Below, in pieces: positions 46,026 through 55,638 of a stretch of 58,421 nt of DNA (positions are counted from its first letter, which is position 1; each line of letters opens with the position of its first letter). Where the stretch lies: IMG/VR virus record IMGVR_UViG_3300032284_001308, positions 1 to 58,421 of that record, one strand, 5' to 3'. The position numbers and the translations under genes are program-made. The stretch is from a virus (lineage: Duplodnaviria; Caudoviricetes). The notes under the pieces were generated by a model. The model did not search any database, had not been told where the DNA came from, and saw nothing but the letters and a program-made list of their open reading frames with translations.

Positions 46026-46279
46026 TGCCAATACGTGCGGGCCGTCCTTTACGACTTGAGTTGTACGGTCTCGCGGTTGCAGGGACGGTAGTATGCTTTT
46101 GGTTGAGCGATAGGATTCGAGTTCAGTCAGAGATTCAGAAAAAGATCGTCAGCGAATTAGAGCGTCCGAACATTGTCCAAAACAACAATCAACAAGTGAC
46201 AATTGAATCGGACGCGATGAAACTTGCACGAGAGATTTTGATAAAGGAAGACAATGGCAACATGCCAGGAACTAAATGA
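46025..46279 (+). CDS. Single-TM hypothetical protein
   Basis: LYGLAVAGTVVCFWL; TAATG overlap. Confidence 0.6.
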   Translation: MPIRAGRPLRLELYGLAVAGTVVCFWLSDRIRVQSEIQKKIVSELERPNIVQNNNQQVTIESDAMKLAREILIKEDNGNMPGTK

Positions 46280-46493
46280 TCAGATGACGGCTGCACAAAA
46301 CGCAATCATCGCTCAGCAGGGCGTGGTGAGAGCAAAGCACGCGTTCACATTGGCGCAAATGGCGTTGTATGGGGCAGCGATGAATGACGAAAACGCGGCA
46401 CTGACGACGCTGAACCAATTGAATCAGGATCTTCAAAACATCCAGATGCAAATGTGGATGCAAAACTGTCCGTTTCAATCGGGGCAGGCGTGA
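46254..46493 (+). CDS. Gln-rich coiled-coil protein
   Basis: AAGGA RBS. Confidence 0.6.
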   Translation: MATCQELNDQMTAAQNAIIAQQGVVRAKHAFTLAQMALYGAAMNDENAALTTLNQLNQDLQNIQMQMWMQNCPFQSGQA

Positions 46494-46624
46494 AGTCGCT
46501 TCTCGGCAAAATGCTGGACCTGCTGGTGATGGTCGCGATAGTGGCTGCGGCGATGACGATCCTTTTTGGAATGTGTACGTGAAGGAAAACGATCATCCAT
46601 GCTCTCGACTGGCTGGGATGGATC

Positions 46625-47140
46625 ATGGAGTCACTGTTGCAAGTGATTCCGCGTCTCCGTCACGTCAAGTCAACGCACGGCGCGGTGTTGTTCTGGTGGG
46701 GTCGATCATACTTGCTGAAATCGGGATTGCACGTTTACTGGCCGGTTTGCTCGGAGATTGTTGAAGCGTCAATGGTGCGTCGGACTCACAATCTAACGTA
46801 CCAGGATCTTGTCACGAGCGACGACGTTCAGGCGACGATAGCGGTGACGGTGGTATATCAAATCGTGGACGTTCACGCGGCGATTACAAAAACGGACGAT
46901 ATCGCGGACACGATCAGCGATCTTGCAGGGCGAGCGATCATTGAGATTTGCGGAGACTCGACAGCGAAAGAGGTAAGGCGACGGCGGAAGGATGACGGGC
47001 GCAAAATTGACTTACTGTTGCGTCGAATGATGAGTCACGATCTTGCAGAGTTTGGCGTCAAGGTTCGGCGGGCGTTTATTTGCGAAGTGTCAACACCACG
47101 GATGATACGACTCATAAGCAATCACGGGAGTTTTAATTGA
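46625..47140 (+). CDS. SPFH/band-7 domain protein
   Basis: GLHVYWP, QDLVTSDD, VVYQIVD, FGVKV. Confidence 0.8.
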   Translation: MESLLQVIPRLRHVKSTHGAVLFWWGRSYLLKSGLHVYWPVCSEIVEASMVRRTHNLTYQDLVTSDDVQATIAVTVVYQIVDVHAAITKTDDIADTISDLAGRAIIEICGDSTAKEVRRRRKDDGRKIDLLLRRMMSHDLAEFGVKVRRAFICEVSTPRMIRLISNHGSFN

Positions 47141-47334
47141 GCGACGAAACGGTTCCAAATCCCGGCAGCGATGCAGCGATAAGGCTGAAATGCAATTGTC
47201 CGGTAATGGACAATCATCACGGCAAAGGTTGCGGGCGCGTTGATGAGAACAGAAACCCGCTGTTTTACATTTCAGAAGATTGCCCTATCCATTCTTACAG
47301 TAATAGGTATGCGAATGAGCGAAACGGTAATTGA
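47137..47334 (+). CDS. Small Cys/His protein
   Basis: PNPGSDAA...C.CPVMDN.HG.G...CPIH. Confidence 0.65.
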   Translation: MSDETVPNPGSDAAIRLKCNCPVMDNHHGKGCGRVDENRNPLFYISEDCPIHSYSNRYANERNGN

Positions 47335-47809
47335 TCGGACTCCGCACGGGCTTGCTCCGGCTGGATTCATGGAATGGGCGACGAAACGGGCGGCAGGAGT
47401 AACTCAAGAAATTCCATCGCTCAAGAAAGATGATGTTGATCTTATTGCGGCAATGGCTGGAGTTCCGGTTGACGATCATTTTGTCGACATCATGAAAAAT
47501 GTCGCAGAAGTCGCGAAACCGAAATCGATCCTGCAAGAAGCGGACGCGGTCGCCGGTGAATCTCGGTCGAGAGATTACGGTCATCCGCACATAAACCATC
47601 GACGAATCGCGGCAATTTGGAATGTCGTCGCAGAGCAGTATCTCAAGTCGCCACTGACACCGAGGGTGGTTGCGTTGATGATGATCGGATTGAAGCTGGC
47701 GAGAGAGGTCAACACGAAGAAACGCGATAATCTCGTTGATATGGCGGGATACATCAAATGTGTTGACATGATCGACGAACACATTGAAAAAGCATCTAAC
47801 GGCGTCTGA
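47315..47809 (+). CDS. DUF6378-like protein
   Basis: R..DYGHP..N..RIA..W, VALMM..LK.AR, DNLVD.AGY. Confidence 0.8.
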   Translation: MSETVIDRTPHGLAPAGFMEWATKRAAGVTQEIPSLKKDDVDLIAAMAGVPVDDHFVDIMKNVAEVAKPKSILQEADAVAGESRSRDYGHPHINHRRIAAIWNVVAEQYLKSPLTPRVVALMMIGLKLAREVNTKKRDNLVDMAGYIKCVDMIDEHIEKASNGV

Positions 47810-47836
47810 CCTGCGAACCATTCAAGGACGTGATCA

Positions 47837-48091
47837 ATGGCCGTGGCGAAAACAAAGGCGTCTTTACTGGATATTGCCAAAGCAGCGGCAACTATTCAGC
47901 GAAAGCATAAGTGCTGGCTTGACGATCTCGACCAGGACTCAGCGGCACAAGTGATCGAAGGCGTCAGGCATCTTTACGAAACTGGCGGCAATCGGTCTGC
48001 GGTGGTTGCGGCATGGCAGAAAGCCGGAGTCCCGATCACGACCAATAAGATGGATCAACTCATCGATAAAGTTCGACGGGGGATTCTGTGA
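47837..48091 (+). CDS. Hypothetical protein
   Basis: AAGGA RBS; overlap with next gene. Confidence 0.65.
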   Translation: MAVAKTKASLLDIAKAAATIQRKHKCWLDDLDQDSAAQVIEGVRHLYETGGNRSAVVAAWQKAGVPITTNKMDQLIDKVRRGIL

Positions 48092-49290
48092 AGAAACAAT
48101 CGCTCGTCGAGATCGCAAAAATGGCATCTGAAGACGCGAAACCGTCTGAGGATAAGCTGCAAGATGTCGAACATGGCGATGAACGGTCGTTGATTTATGT
48201 CGGAGCGAGAATCAAGACGGCGGAAGACCTTCTCAAGCACGCACAAATTGACATGCGGATTTGGGAGATTGAACGGCAAATCGTCAATATGTGGGAAGTG
48301 ACGGGTAAAAAATCACTCGGACAAGGACACGACCGTCGATGGCTAGGGGATAAGTTATGGGCCAACGGTAATTTACAAATTAAAGTCTGGCTGAAACGAC
48401 GAGCGCCAAAAGTCATTCAGGATGGGATTCTCGAATTGATCCAAGGGTGGAAACCCAATCCTGTTATTAAGAAACCGAAAATCATGTCGAACGACAAGTA
48501 TTTGCTGGCGATGCACTTGTCTGATTTACATTTCGGTAAACGCTGCTGGGATCTCGAAAGCGGCAACAACTATGACTTAAAAATAGCGGACGCAGTGTTT
48601 CGCGCAGCCTTCGACGATCTTTTGTTTAAGTGCCTGAAATATGCTCCGAATATTGATCGAGTGATATTCCCAATCGGTAACGACTTTTTCCACGTCAACG
48701 ATTGGAAGTCCCGCACAGCAAACGAAACGCGGGTTGATTCGACGGATGATCGGTTCCCGAAGGTGTTTGCGACGGGCGTCGATAGTGTCGTTTATGCGAT
48801 TGAGAAATTGGCCGCTGTTTGTCCTGCTGTAGATGTCGAATGGGTTCCCGGAAACCACGACCCTCATACAAGTTGGCATTTGGCGTTTTTGCTCCAATAC
48901 GCATTTCGCAATGTGGGGCACATCAAGGTCACGATCAACCAGCGAGCGAGAAAATACTACCGATATGGTTGCACGCTTGCGGGGATGACGCACGGCGAAG
49001 TCGTGAAAGAGGTTAAACTTCCTACGTTAATGGCAAGCGAAGCGGGTACGTTGCTGGATTCCGGAGTCAAGTTTCGAGAATGGTGGCTTGGACATCTCCA
49101 CAAATCGAAAGAAGTCGAGTTTTGCACTGAGGATAGTCAACCGAACGCGACGATTCGCAGGATTCCTTCATTGTGTGGAACGGACGGCTGGCACGATCAG
49201 CAAGGCTACACGGGAACATATAAGATGGCAGAGGCGTGGCTTTATAGTCATGATCGCGGGCCGGAAGCAAGGTTTTTGACTCACGCATAA
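48088..49290 (+). CDS. Calcineurin-like metallophosphoesterase
   Basis: SDLHFG, GNDFFH, PGNHD, THG, GHLH. Confidence 0.9.
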   Translation: MKKQSLVEIAKMASEDAKPSEDKLQDVEHGDERSLIYVGARIKTAEDLLKHAQIDMRIWEIERQIVNMWEVTGKKSLGQGHDRRWLGDKLWANGNLQIKVWLKRRAPKVIQDGILELIQGWKPNPVIKKPKIMSNDKYLLAMHLSDLHFGKRCWDLESGNNYDLKIADAVFRAAFDDLLFKCLKYAPNIDRVIFPIGNDFFHVNDWKSRTANETRVDSTDDRFPKVFATGVDSVVYAIEKLAAVCPAVDVEWVPGNHDPHTSWHLAFLLQYAFRNVGHIKVTINQRARKYYRYGCTLAGMTHGEVVKEVKLPTLMASEAGTLLDSGVKFREWWLGHLHKSKEVEFCTEDSQPNATIRRIPSLCGTDGWHDQQGYTGTYKMAEAWLYSHDRGPEARFLTHA

Positions 49291-49324
49291 TGTCAGAAAA
49301 CCGACCTAGCGAATACACACGGAC

Positions 49325-49392
49325 ATCGTCATAGTTTAACATTGCAAGAACGCACAAGTAGTGAGGCGGGGGTTAAAGTCCCTCTGACGGTT
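49325..49392 (+). ncRNA. tRNA-like RNA with truncated anticodon arm
   Basis: 7-bp acceptor, 4-bp D stem, 5-bp T stem with 7-nt loop; anticodon arm only 3 bp + 5 nt. Confidence 0.6.
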
Positions 49393-49394
49393 TT

Positions 49395-49523
49395 ATGAGG
49401 ATTCAACGCGGGATCAGTTGGCTAGGCGTGGCGTTGATTTGGGTTGTGTTGTGCTCGCTGGCCACTGTTGGCGGCGTATCGATTCTGGTGATGTACTGGC
49501 TGTTCGTGAACGTTTGGAATTGA
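49395..49523 (+). CDS. Small hydrophobic peptide (42 aa)
   Basis: Hand-translated; no clear RBS. Confidence 0.35.
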   Translation: MRIQRGISWLGVALIWVVLCSLATVGGVSILVMYWLFVNVWN

Positions 49524-49533
49524 GGGGATCGGC

Positions 49534-49977
49534 ATGACACCGGCAGATTTAAAGACGCTGATCCAAGGAGATTCCACGGCATTGGGGTTGTTTAATGGCC
49601 ATCACGATTATGATTGCGCACAATACTGCATGACGATCGCGCCAAAGGTGACGGTTGAGACTCGCGGATCTCGTCAATTCATCCTGTCGCTATTCGAGAG
49701 CAGTCCCGCCGACGGGATTACCGTTCTAACCACGATAGACACGGTTGCGGAATCGAATCCTGTGGTCGCGGAAATAAAGAAATTCATGGGGCCGGGGGAA
49801 CATCCGCAGTGCTTGCCGGATTGGTCGCTTGCTCCGATTCGTGCGGCATTGACGGCATCGGTTCAGGCTGGCGGATTGGGACTGAGTGATGCACTCGCAG
49901 GTCCGATTCTGCGTGCTTCCGAAAGGCCACAAACGATCACGGCGGCAGACGTCGAATTTGTGAGGAATAACCTGTGA
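49534..49977 (+). CDS. Hypothetical protein
   Basis: GAGGGG RBS. Confidence 0.7.
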   Translation: MTPADLKTLIQGDSTALGLFNGHHDYDCAQYCMTIAPKVTVETRGSRQFILSLFESSPADGITVLTTIDTVAESNPVVAEIKKFMGPGEHPQCLPDWSLAPIRAALTASVQAGGLGLSDALAGPILRASERPQTITAADVEFVRNNL

Positions 49978-50582
49978 CGAATACCATAACACCAACATCC
50001 CCAACATTCACCCAAGTCGTCGCACCAGTGGCGAAAGCGGCGAGCACGTTGACCGCTCCCGTGACGCTGGATCTGACAACGAAACGCGGTGCGTGGGTGA
50101 TCGGGCGTATTGGCCGAACAATCGCTACTGCGTTGACGAGATCGGCATACATTGCGATCAGGAACACAAACAACAGCGGCGGGAATTACCCGAACACTTC
50201 TCGCGACCTCGTATCGAGCACTACTGCGGCATCGGTTGCGGCAACGACGCTTAACGGGGCCACGAGTGTCGGGGCTGCAACATCGGTCGTCACGGCGGGC
50301 ACGTTCGGCATCGGCGATATGGTGACGCAGTGTCTTTCGGCGACGGATGCGACACGATTTGAAATCGCCAAAACTGCGAACGTATCGACGACGACGAGCA
50401 CATGGGAGCAACCGTTGATCTCCGCGCACAGTAATGGTGACTTGGTCGTCAATGCCGGTGACGTGCTTCGCGTATGGGTTCCCGGTGGCGACATCTATTC
50501 AATTTGGTGCGTGAATTACAGCGGTCAAGCGTTGATTTTCGCTGTCGATGCCATTGTAGATAACGGCGACACAATTACCTGA
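49974..50582 (+). CDS. Thr/Ala-rich putative virion protein
   Basis: Beta-rich, AHSNGD motif. Confidence 0.6.
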   Translation: MTNTITPTSPTFTQVVAPVAKAASTLTAPVTLDLTTKRGAWVIGRIGRTIATALTRSAYIAIRNTNNSGGNYPNTSRDLVSSTTAASVAATTLNGATSVGAATSVVTAGTFGIGDMVTQCLSATDATRFEIAKTANVSTTTSTWEQPLISAHSNGDLVVNAGDVLRVWVPGGDIYSIWCVNYSGQALIFAVDAIVDNGDTIT

Positions 50583-50596
50583 TAGGAGGGCGAGAC

Positions 50597-51442
50597 ATGG
50601 CAAGGCTCGTCCTGCCATATTTATCAATTCAGCCTGATTTCGGCACGGTCGAAGTTGATTGGGGAGATTCCATAAACAACGGCTTGAAAGCGTGTTTTCT
50701 CTGCAATGAGGGGGCGGGAGGTAAGCTCTCAAACATTGCGGACGATCGCGCGTCAGGGCTGTTTGGTGCTGGTAATCCCACATGGAATCAATTAGCGAAC
50801 ACGTCCGTCTCGAAACGAGGTCTGGCGATGCCGGGCGGGACGACGGTTCCATTTGTTTCGTGTGGCTCATCAGTGCAGATTTCTGGTGAATGCACGGTCA
50901 GTGCGTGGGTGAATACAACAAATGTTTCGACGATTAATACCATATGCGAAATCGGCAACGCTTCTGCCGACGTGCAAATGAGATTGGAGATCGGGCGAAC
51001 GGCGGGAAAATTCGGGCTTTTGTGGGGAAACGCCGGAGCGGGATATGATACGCCGACCGCATCAAGCTCGTCATTGGTTGCGAATCAATGGGTTCATCTC
51101 GCGGCGACACGGTTCGGAAGCGGTACGGCGTGGACGTGTTATTTTCAGCAAAATGGCGTCGTCGTTAATGGGCCAGTTTCGGCAACACATGCGGTTCAGG
51201 GGTCTGGAGGAACGCTGTTTATTGGAAGTCAGAACGGCGTGACAACACAGACGTTTTCCGGGACAGTGGCAGACATCCGAGTATGGAATAGAGGGTTGAG
51301 CGGGCCGGAACTTGCCCGACTCTACACAGATGGTCCGCAAGTGGGATTGATGCCAGCGGGACGGCGGTTCTTTTCGATTGGTAAGTCAACTGGCAATCGT
51401 CGTCGTCGAGTTTTAATCGCAGGAGCGGCAATATGTGGTTGA
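50597..51442 (+). CDS. LamG/concanavalin-like lectin domain protein
   Basis: TVSAWV, WVHLAAT, LFIG, F.G..ADIRVWNR.LS..E...LY. Confidence 0.85.
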   Translation: MARLVLPYLSIQPDFGTVEVDWGDSINNGLKACFLCNEGAGGKLSNIADDRASGLFGAGNPTWNQLANTSVSKRGLAMPGGTTVPFVSCGSSVQISGECTVSAWVNTTNVSTINTICEIGNASADVQMRLEIGRTAGKFGLLWGNAGAGYDTPTASSSSLVANQWVHLAATRFGSGTAWTCYFQQNGVVVNGPVSATHAVQGSGGTLFIGSQNGVTTQTFSGTVADIRVWNRGLSGPELARLYTDGPQVGLMPAGRRFFSIGKSTGNRRRRVLIAGAAICG

Positions 51443-53262
51443 AACAATCGACGGCGGCAACGATGCGAATCGGGCCGATTTTGGACTCGACTGGTGCGGA
51501 GTATGCCAGTGCGGTTATCGGCGATATCTCCATCACGAAGAACGGGACAACGGCAGCACTCGCAGCGGCAGCGACACTGACCTACGACACGAACGGGTTT
51601 TATTCTCTCGTCCTGACGACGGGCAACACTGACACGCTCGGTCGATTGAAATTCACTTGCAACAAATCCACGTATCAGATGCCTCCCGAGCGGTTCATTG
51701 TGTTGACGGCTAAAACTTATGATGCACTCGTGACGAATTCTGCTGACGCTGCTGGCGGGTTGTGCGATCTCCAAAGGATTCTCGGGACTGCACCAACAAC
51801 GACAACTGCGGGCATTCTCGATGTCAACGCGAAGAATATCGGGAATCAGGCGGCGTCTCTCGATGCGAACAATCTGCTGAAAGTTGACGTTGAAGACATC
51901 AAAGGAACAGCATATTCAGGTGCAGCAGGCTACTTCCTCGATTGGTCGAAAATCCAGAACGCGACCGCAACAGTGGATTTCACGAATTCGACGATCAAGG
52001 GAATCGACGGCGTCACGTTTCCTTCAGTCGTGCCAACTCCTGCACAGATTGCTACTGGAGTTTGGCAGGACACAACGTCTGGAGATTTCACGGTTGCCTC
52101 ATCAATCGGGAAAAGCCTTTACACGTCAGGGAATGCTCCCGGCGCGGCGAGCGGTCTAGCTCTCGTTGGATCTGCCGTGTCTGCTCCCAGCGGTTATGCG
52201 TTTCTGTCAACAGCTCAGGCAGCGACTGTGCCAACATCAGGAACGATTAACACCACGACCCCGCCAACCGTGGCACAAGTGGCTGCGGCAGTCTGGCAGG
52301 ATACGACCTCCGCAGATTTCACAGTCGCGGGATCGATTGGAAAAAGCCTGTTTACCAGCGGAAACGCTCCTGGTGTAGCGAGCGGGCTTGCATTAGTTGG
52401 ATCAGCGGTGTCTGCACCTTCAGGCTATGCGTTCCTGTCGACGGCTCAAGCGGCGACGGTTCCGGCCAGTGGGACAATCAACACGACGACTCCGCCAACG
52501 GTTGCCGCGATCAGGTCCGAGATGGATGCGAACTCAATCAAACTGGCTCATCTGACGGGCGATGTGGCACTCCATACGGATGCGACGACGATCAATACGA
52601 ATGTGCTCGCCATCGGGACCGTACCGTCCCACTTTACGAACTCGACATTCTTTTCTGATGGTGTGTTCTCGACGGCGGCACTTGCAAACGCTGCAACAGG
52701 ATCAGGGGGCGGCAGCGGTTCATACAATGTCACACTGACGGTCAATGACGGCACGAATCCTATTCAGAACGCCACGGTGACACTTGCAATCAATTCCAGC
52801 AGGTACACGGCGACGACCAATTCCAGCGGTGTGGCAGTCCTCACGCCAACTGAGGGCAGCGGGACGTACACCGTGAGTCTGACCGCGATTGGATATCAGT
52901 TCACGCCGGTGAGTTTGGTTGTGAGCGGGAACACGTCACACACATATTCGATGACGGCACTGAATATCAATTCGGGGCCAGCGGGGACTGTGACGGTATA
53001 CGGTTACACTACCGATGCCACTGGTAGCACCGTTGTGGCAGGTGTTCGAGTGTATCTGAAGATGGAAACGCCACCATCAACGGCAGGATCAATCGTGAGT
53101 CCAAACCCGATCACGGCGACGTCAGATTCCAATGGTCTGTTTCAGATCACGGGTTGTCTACCGTCAACGCAATACTACATTCTGAGCGACCGATCATCGT
53201 CGTGGCAATCGTTCACCACGGGCACGGGATCGTCGTTCGAGGTTCCTTCCACAATCGTTTGA
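51433..53262 (+). CDS. Putative virion fibre/decoration protein with C-terminal Ig/prealbumin-like domains
   Basis: PIQNATVTL, TNSSG, GTYTV, TSDSNGLF; internal repeats. Confidence 0.65.
   Translation: MWLKQSTAATMRIGPILDSTGAEYASAVIGDISITKNGTTAALAAAATLTYDTNGFYSLVLTTGNTDTLGRLKFTCNKSTYQMPPERFIVLTAKTYDALVTNSADAAGGLCDLQRILGTAPTTTTAGILDVNAKNIGNQAASLDANNLLKVDVEDIKGTAYSGAAGYFLDWSKIQNATATVDFTNSTIKGIDGVTFPSVVPTPAQIATGVWQDTTSGDFTVASSIGKSLYTSGNAPGAASGLALVGSAVSAPSGYAFLSTAQAATVPTSGTINTTTPPTVAQVAAAVWQDTTSADFTVAGSIGKSLFTSGNAPGVASGLALVGSAVSAPSGYAFLSTAQAATVPASGTINTTTPPTVAAIRSEMDANSIKLAHLTGDVALHTDATTINTNVLAIGTVPSHFTNSTFFSDGVFSTAALANAATGSGGGSGSYNVTLTVNDGTNPIQNATVTLAINSSRYTATTNSSGVAVLTPTEGSGTYTVSLTAIGYQFTPVSLVVSGNTSHTYSMTALNINSGPAGTVTVYGYTTDATGSTVVAGVRVYLKMETPPSTAGSIVSPNPITATSDSNGLFQITGCLPSTQYYILSDRSSSWQSFTTGTGSSFEVPSTIV
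52033..52494 (+). repeat. Two tandem 231-bp (77-aa) repeats
   Basis: VWQDTTS...TINTTTP twice, Trp codons 231 nt apart. Confidence 0.9.
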
Positions 53263-53269
53263 GGTAATC

Positions 53270-53551
53270 ATGCTGCTCGTTCACGCACAGGCATTAGCGG
53301 TCGAATACGTGGTCCTGAATGGGGTTCAGTTTCCGAAAGCGGGACCATTCACGCCGGATCAATTAGCATCCGAGGACTGGGTGCCGATTCAGGTCAGTTC
53401 GGACGTGTCGGTAGCGGCACCAGCTGGCGATTGCGGTTGCGGTGAGGCTAAGGCAGGTACGGCAGGAGTTTCCACGGAAGGGGTTTCTCCGCAGGGGGAT
53501 TCGAGCGCGAACGACACCATTACCTTACCGAGTGGCGAGTCTTCGATTTGA
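53270..53551 (+). CDS. Hypothetical protein
   Basis: GAGG RBS. Confidence 0.6.
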   Translation: MLLVHAQALAVEYVVLNGVQFPKAGPFTPDQLASEDWVPIQVSSDVSVAAPAGDCGCGEAKAGTAGVSTEGVSPQGDSSANDTITLPSGESSI

Positions 53552-53829
53552 GATCGAAACGCGAACGGCTCGTTCTGCATCATCATTCGGCACACATCAT
53601 CAAAAAACGCTTCATCAAACTCGCCAGTTGATTGAAGCGTCATCTGCCAACCGAATGGGGATCGCTGCATTCTCTCAATCCGCGACACAAACGCGTGGCC
53701 AACTATAGGCGAGAGATCGTATTTATTCTTTTCGATACACTCCGGACATTCGATAAAAGCACGAACTATCACATCCTCCGGAACTTCGCTGGATACAACG
53801 CTTCCGCAAGAATGGCAAATCAAACGCAT
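53389..53829 (-). CDS. Hypothetical protein with N-terminal CxxC pair
   Basis: CHSC...CPEC; GGAG RBS; overlaps convergent ORF. Confidence 0.55.
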   Translation of the reverse strand: MRLICHSCGSVVSSEVPEDVIVRAFIECPECIEKNKYDLSPIVGHAFVSRIERMQRSPFGWQMTLQSTGEFDEAFFDDVCRMMMQNEPFAFRSQIEDSPLGKVMVSFALESPCGETPSVETPAVPALASPQPQSPAGAATDTSELT

Positions 53830-53851
53830 AATGACTTTCTCCGCAAGGGGG

Positions 53852-54298
53852 TCAGGCGATTTCTTCCACTGCCGTGAACAGGTGCGATGATCGTTCGAGC
53901 AGGTTCTCCCATTCAAGATCCGCAAACTTGCACACGCTGGCATCATGAGACGTGAAGTCGCGACCGCCGTTGTGTTCTGGCATACCGTCACCGGGCCAGC
54001 CGACAACAAACTCCTCCGATGCCACGATAGCCTTCAGTTTGTCGAACAGAACTTCCCCGGAAGGGGCTACCACAACCATGTCACACGGTTCCTCACGACC
54101 GAGCTTGCTTCCGGCCCGATACTTGACATGAGCGACGAACGTTCCCTTAGTCGTGCGGTAGACATCAACCAGAAACCATTGCCGGTTCGATGATTCCTTC
54201 GTAGGGGAGTCGGCATTGCGGCTTTGTGCCGATCCGGTTAGTTCGCCAGTGATCTTAGCTGACGGCTCGCTCGTGCGGGTTAAAATGAAGTCGGTCAT
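53852..54298 (-). CDS. Hypothetical protein
   Basis: AAGGA RBS; YRTTKGTFV. Confidence 0.7.
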   Translation of the reverse strand: MTDFILTRTSEPSAKITGELTGSAQSRNADSPTKESSNRQWFLVDVYRTTKGTFVAHVKYRAGSKLGREEPCDMVVVAPSGEVLFDKLKAIVASEEFVVGWPGDGMPEHNGGRDFTSHDASVCKFADLEWENLLERSSHLFTAVEEIA

Positions 54299-54476
54299 GT
54301 CGGTTCAATCCTTTGCGGTTTCGTTACCTTCCCTCGGAGGGGGATTATAGCTAGTTACTGGTTTCGTTTGTACCGTGAATCCGCTTCCCGCATCGCTTGC
54401 ACGACGGCTTTCACGGCTTGTTCATGGATGTGGTCGCGTTGGTTGCGGGCGATGATTGCCAGTGCGGTTTCGAGAC

Positions 54477-54755
54477 TCATTTGGTGGTTTCCTCGGGACC
54501 GGGTGGCATGTTTCGGTCGATACTAGACTGTAGTTGCTGGATGACCTCGGATTTGATGAATTCGACAGCGTGCCGATCCAGGAACTTGAGCGGCAACCGT
54601 GACGAGTCGCAATGGTGGCAGCGGAACTGACGGAGATAGCCCACCACAATAGACGCATCGGTTTTCGTGCCGAACAATCGGACGATATCCCGGCATCCGC
54701 ACGCGAACGTCACGCCGTGCGATATGATCGTTATTTGCGGTTCTGTCATCGTCAC
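54477..54755 (-). CDS. Hypothetical protein
   Basis: CGC...CHHC; overlaps 54523-55311. Confidence 0.5.
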   Translation of the reverse strand: MTMTEPQITIISHGVTFACGCRDIVRLFGTKTDASIVVGYLRQFRCHHCDSSRLPLKFLDRHAVEFIKSEVIQQLQSSIDRNMPPGPEETTK

Positions 54756-55311
54756 CGTCGCTTTCCATCATAACGGGTATGGCTTCCACGGGAACGGGGT
54801 CGCACCATTCCTCGGGGTTGAACGAACAGTCGAGATCGTCGTCAGTGGTTTCCTCGGCAGGGGATGCACTCCATAACCATTGTGCCGCCAGCAACGCGAC
54901 TTCCGGACTCGACTTCAGCAGCGGAGCGGGTGCGCCACGTTTGATCAGTTCCCAAATGAGCGCGGGAACGTCGTGGGAATTGCGGTCGATTGCGAGTTCC
55001 GGATGTTCGTCGGCAATCTCCCTGGCCGAACAGTCGAAACCGTATCGTGTGGAGAAGTCGCGGCCAGAATCTTCCCATTGATTGCATCGGAGCGCGTTCA
55101 ATCCCGTCATCTGGCAAGCCCGCTTACGCGCATTGTTCCACAAGTCGCGCTCGTGCTTCAATTGCGCGTATGCATCCGGCATTAGCGCCTCTACGTCATC
55201 GGGATTCAAACCGTAACGTTCTGCGGCAAACTCGGCAGCGTCGGTTGTGCGCGTAAGCTTGCGAAACCATGACGGAGCGGGCGGAATTTCCACGGAAGGG
55301 CTTTCGATCAT
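54523..55311 (-). CDS. Hypothetical protein
   Basis: Long ORF coupled to upstream gene. Confidence 0.65.
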   Translation of the reverse strand: MIESPSVEIPPAPSWFRKLTRTTDAAEFAAERYGLNPDDVEALMPDAYAQLKHERDLWNNARKRACQMTGLNALRCNQWEDSGRDFSTRYGFDCSAREIADEHPELAIDRNSHDVPALIWELIKRGAPAPLLKSSPEVALLAAQWLWSASPAEETTDDDLDCSFNPEEWCDPVPVEAIPVMMESDGDDDRTANNDHIARRDVRVRMPGYRPIVRHENRCVYCGGLSPSVPLPPLRLVTVAAQVPGSARCRIHQIRGHPATTV

Positions 55312-55574
55312 GCTGCCACCGCCATTCCAACAGCAACATCACGAGAGCAAGCCATTAACCGATATTGAGCTTCAAAAATAGCGTCATCAATAGTGTCGCC
55401 AGATGACAGAAATTGTCCGTCAATCTTGATCTTGAACCATTCTTGAGGGTCAGTGGAGTCACCTGAACAACGATACAAATCAATCTCGACAGTTTTCATG
55501 ATATAAGCGGAAAACGGCGCACGATCCAATTGACCTGGAGTGTATTTGACGCAATGCGAATAAGTGATCTTCAT
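55308..55574 (-). CDS. Hypothetical protein
   Basis: Start after GAAACCG-rich leader. Confidence 0.6.
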   Translation of the reverse strand: MKITYSHCVKYTPGQLDRAPFSAYIMKTVEIDLYRCSGDSTDPQEWFKIKIDGQFLSSGDTIDDAIFEAQYRLMACSRDVAVGMAVAA

Positions 55575-55638
55575 TGTGTGTGCTTTCAAATATGGTTGCG
55601 GTTGCGGTTTCTGAATCGGTTTCTGCGGAAGGAAGTGT

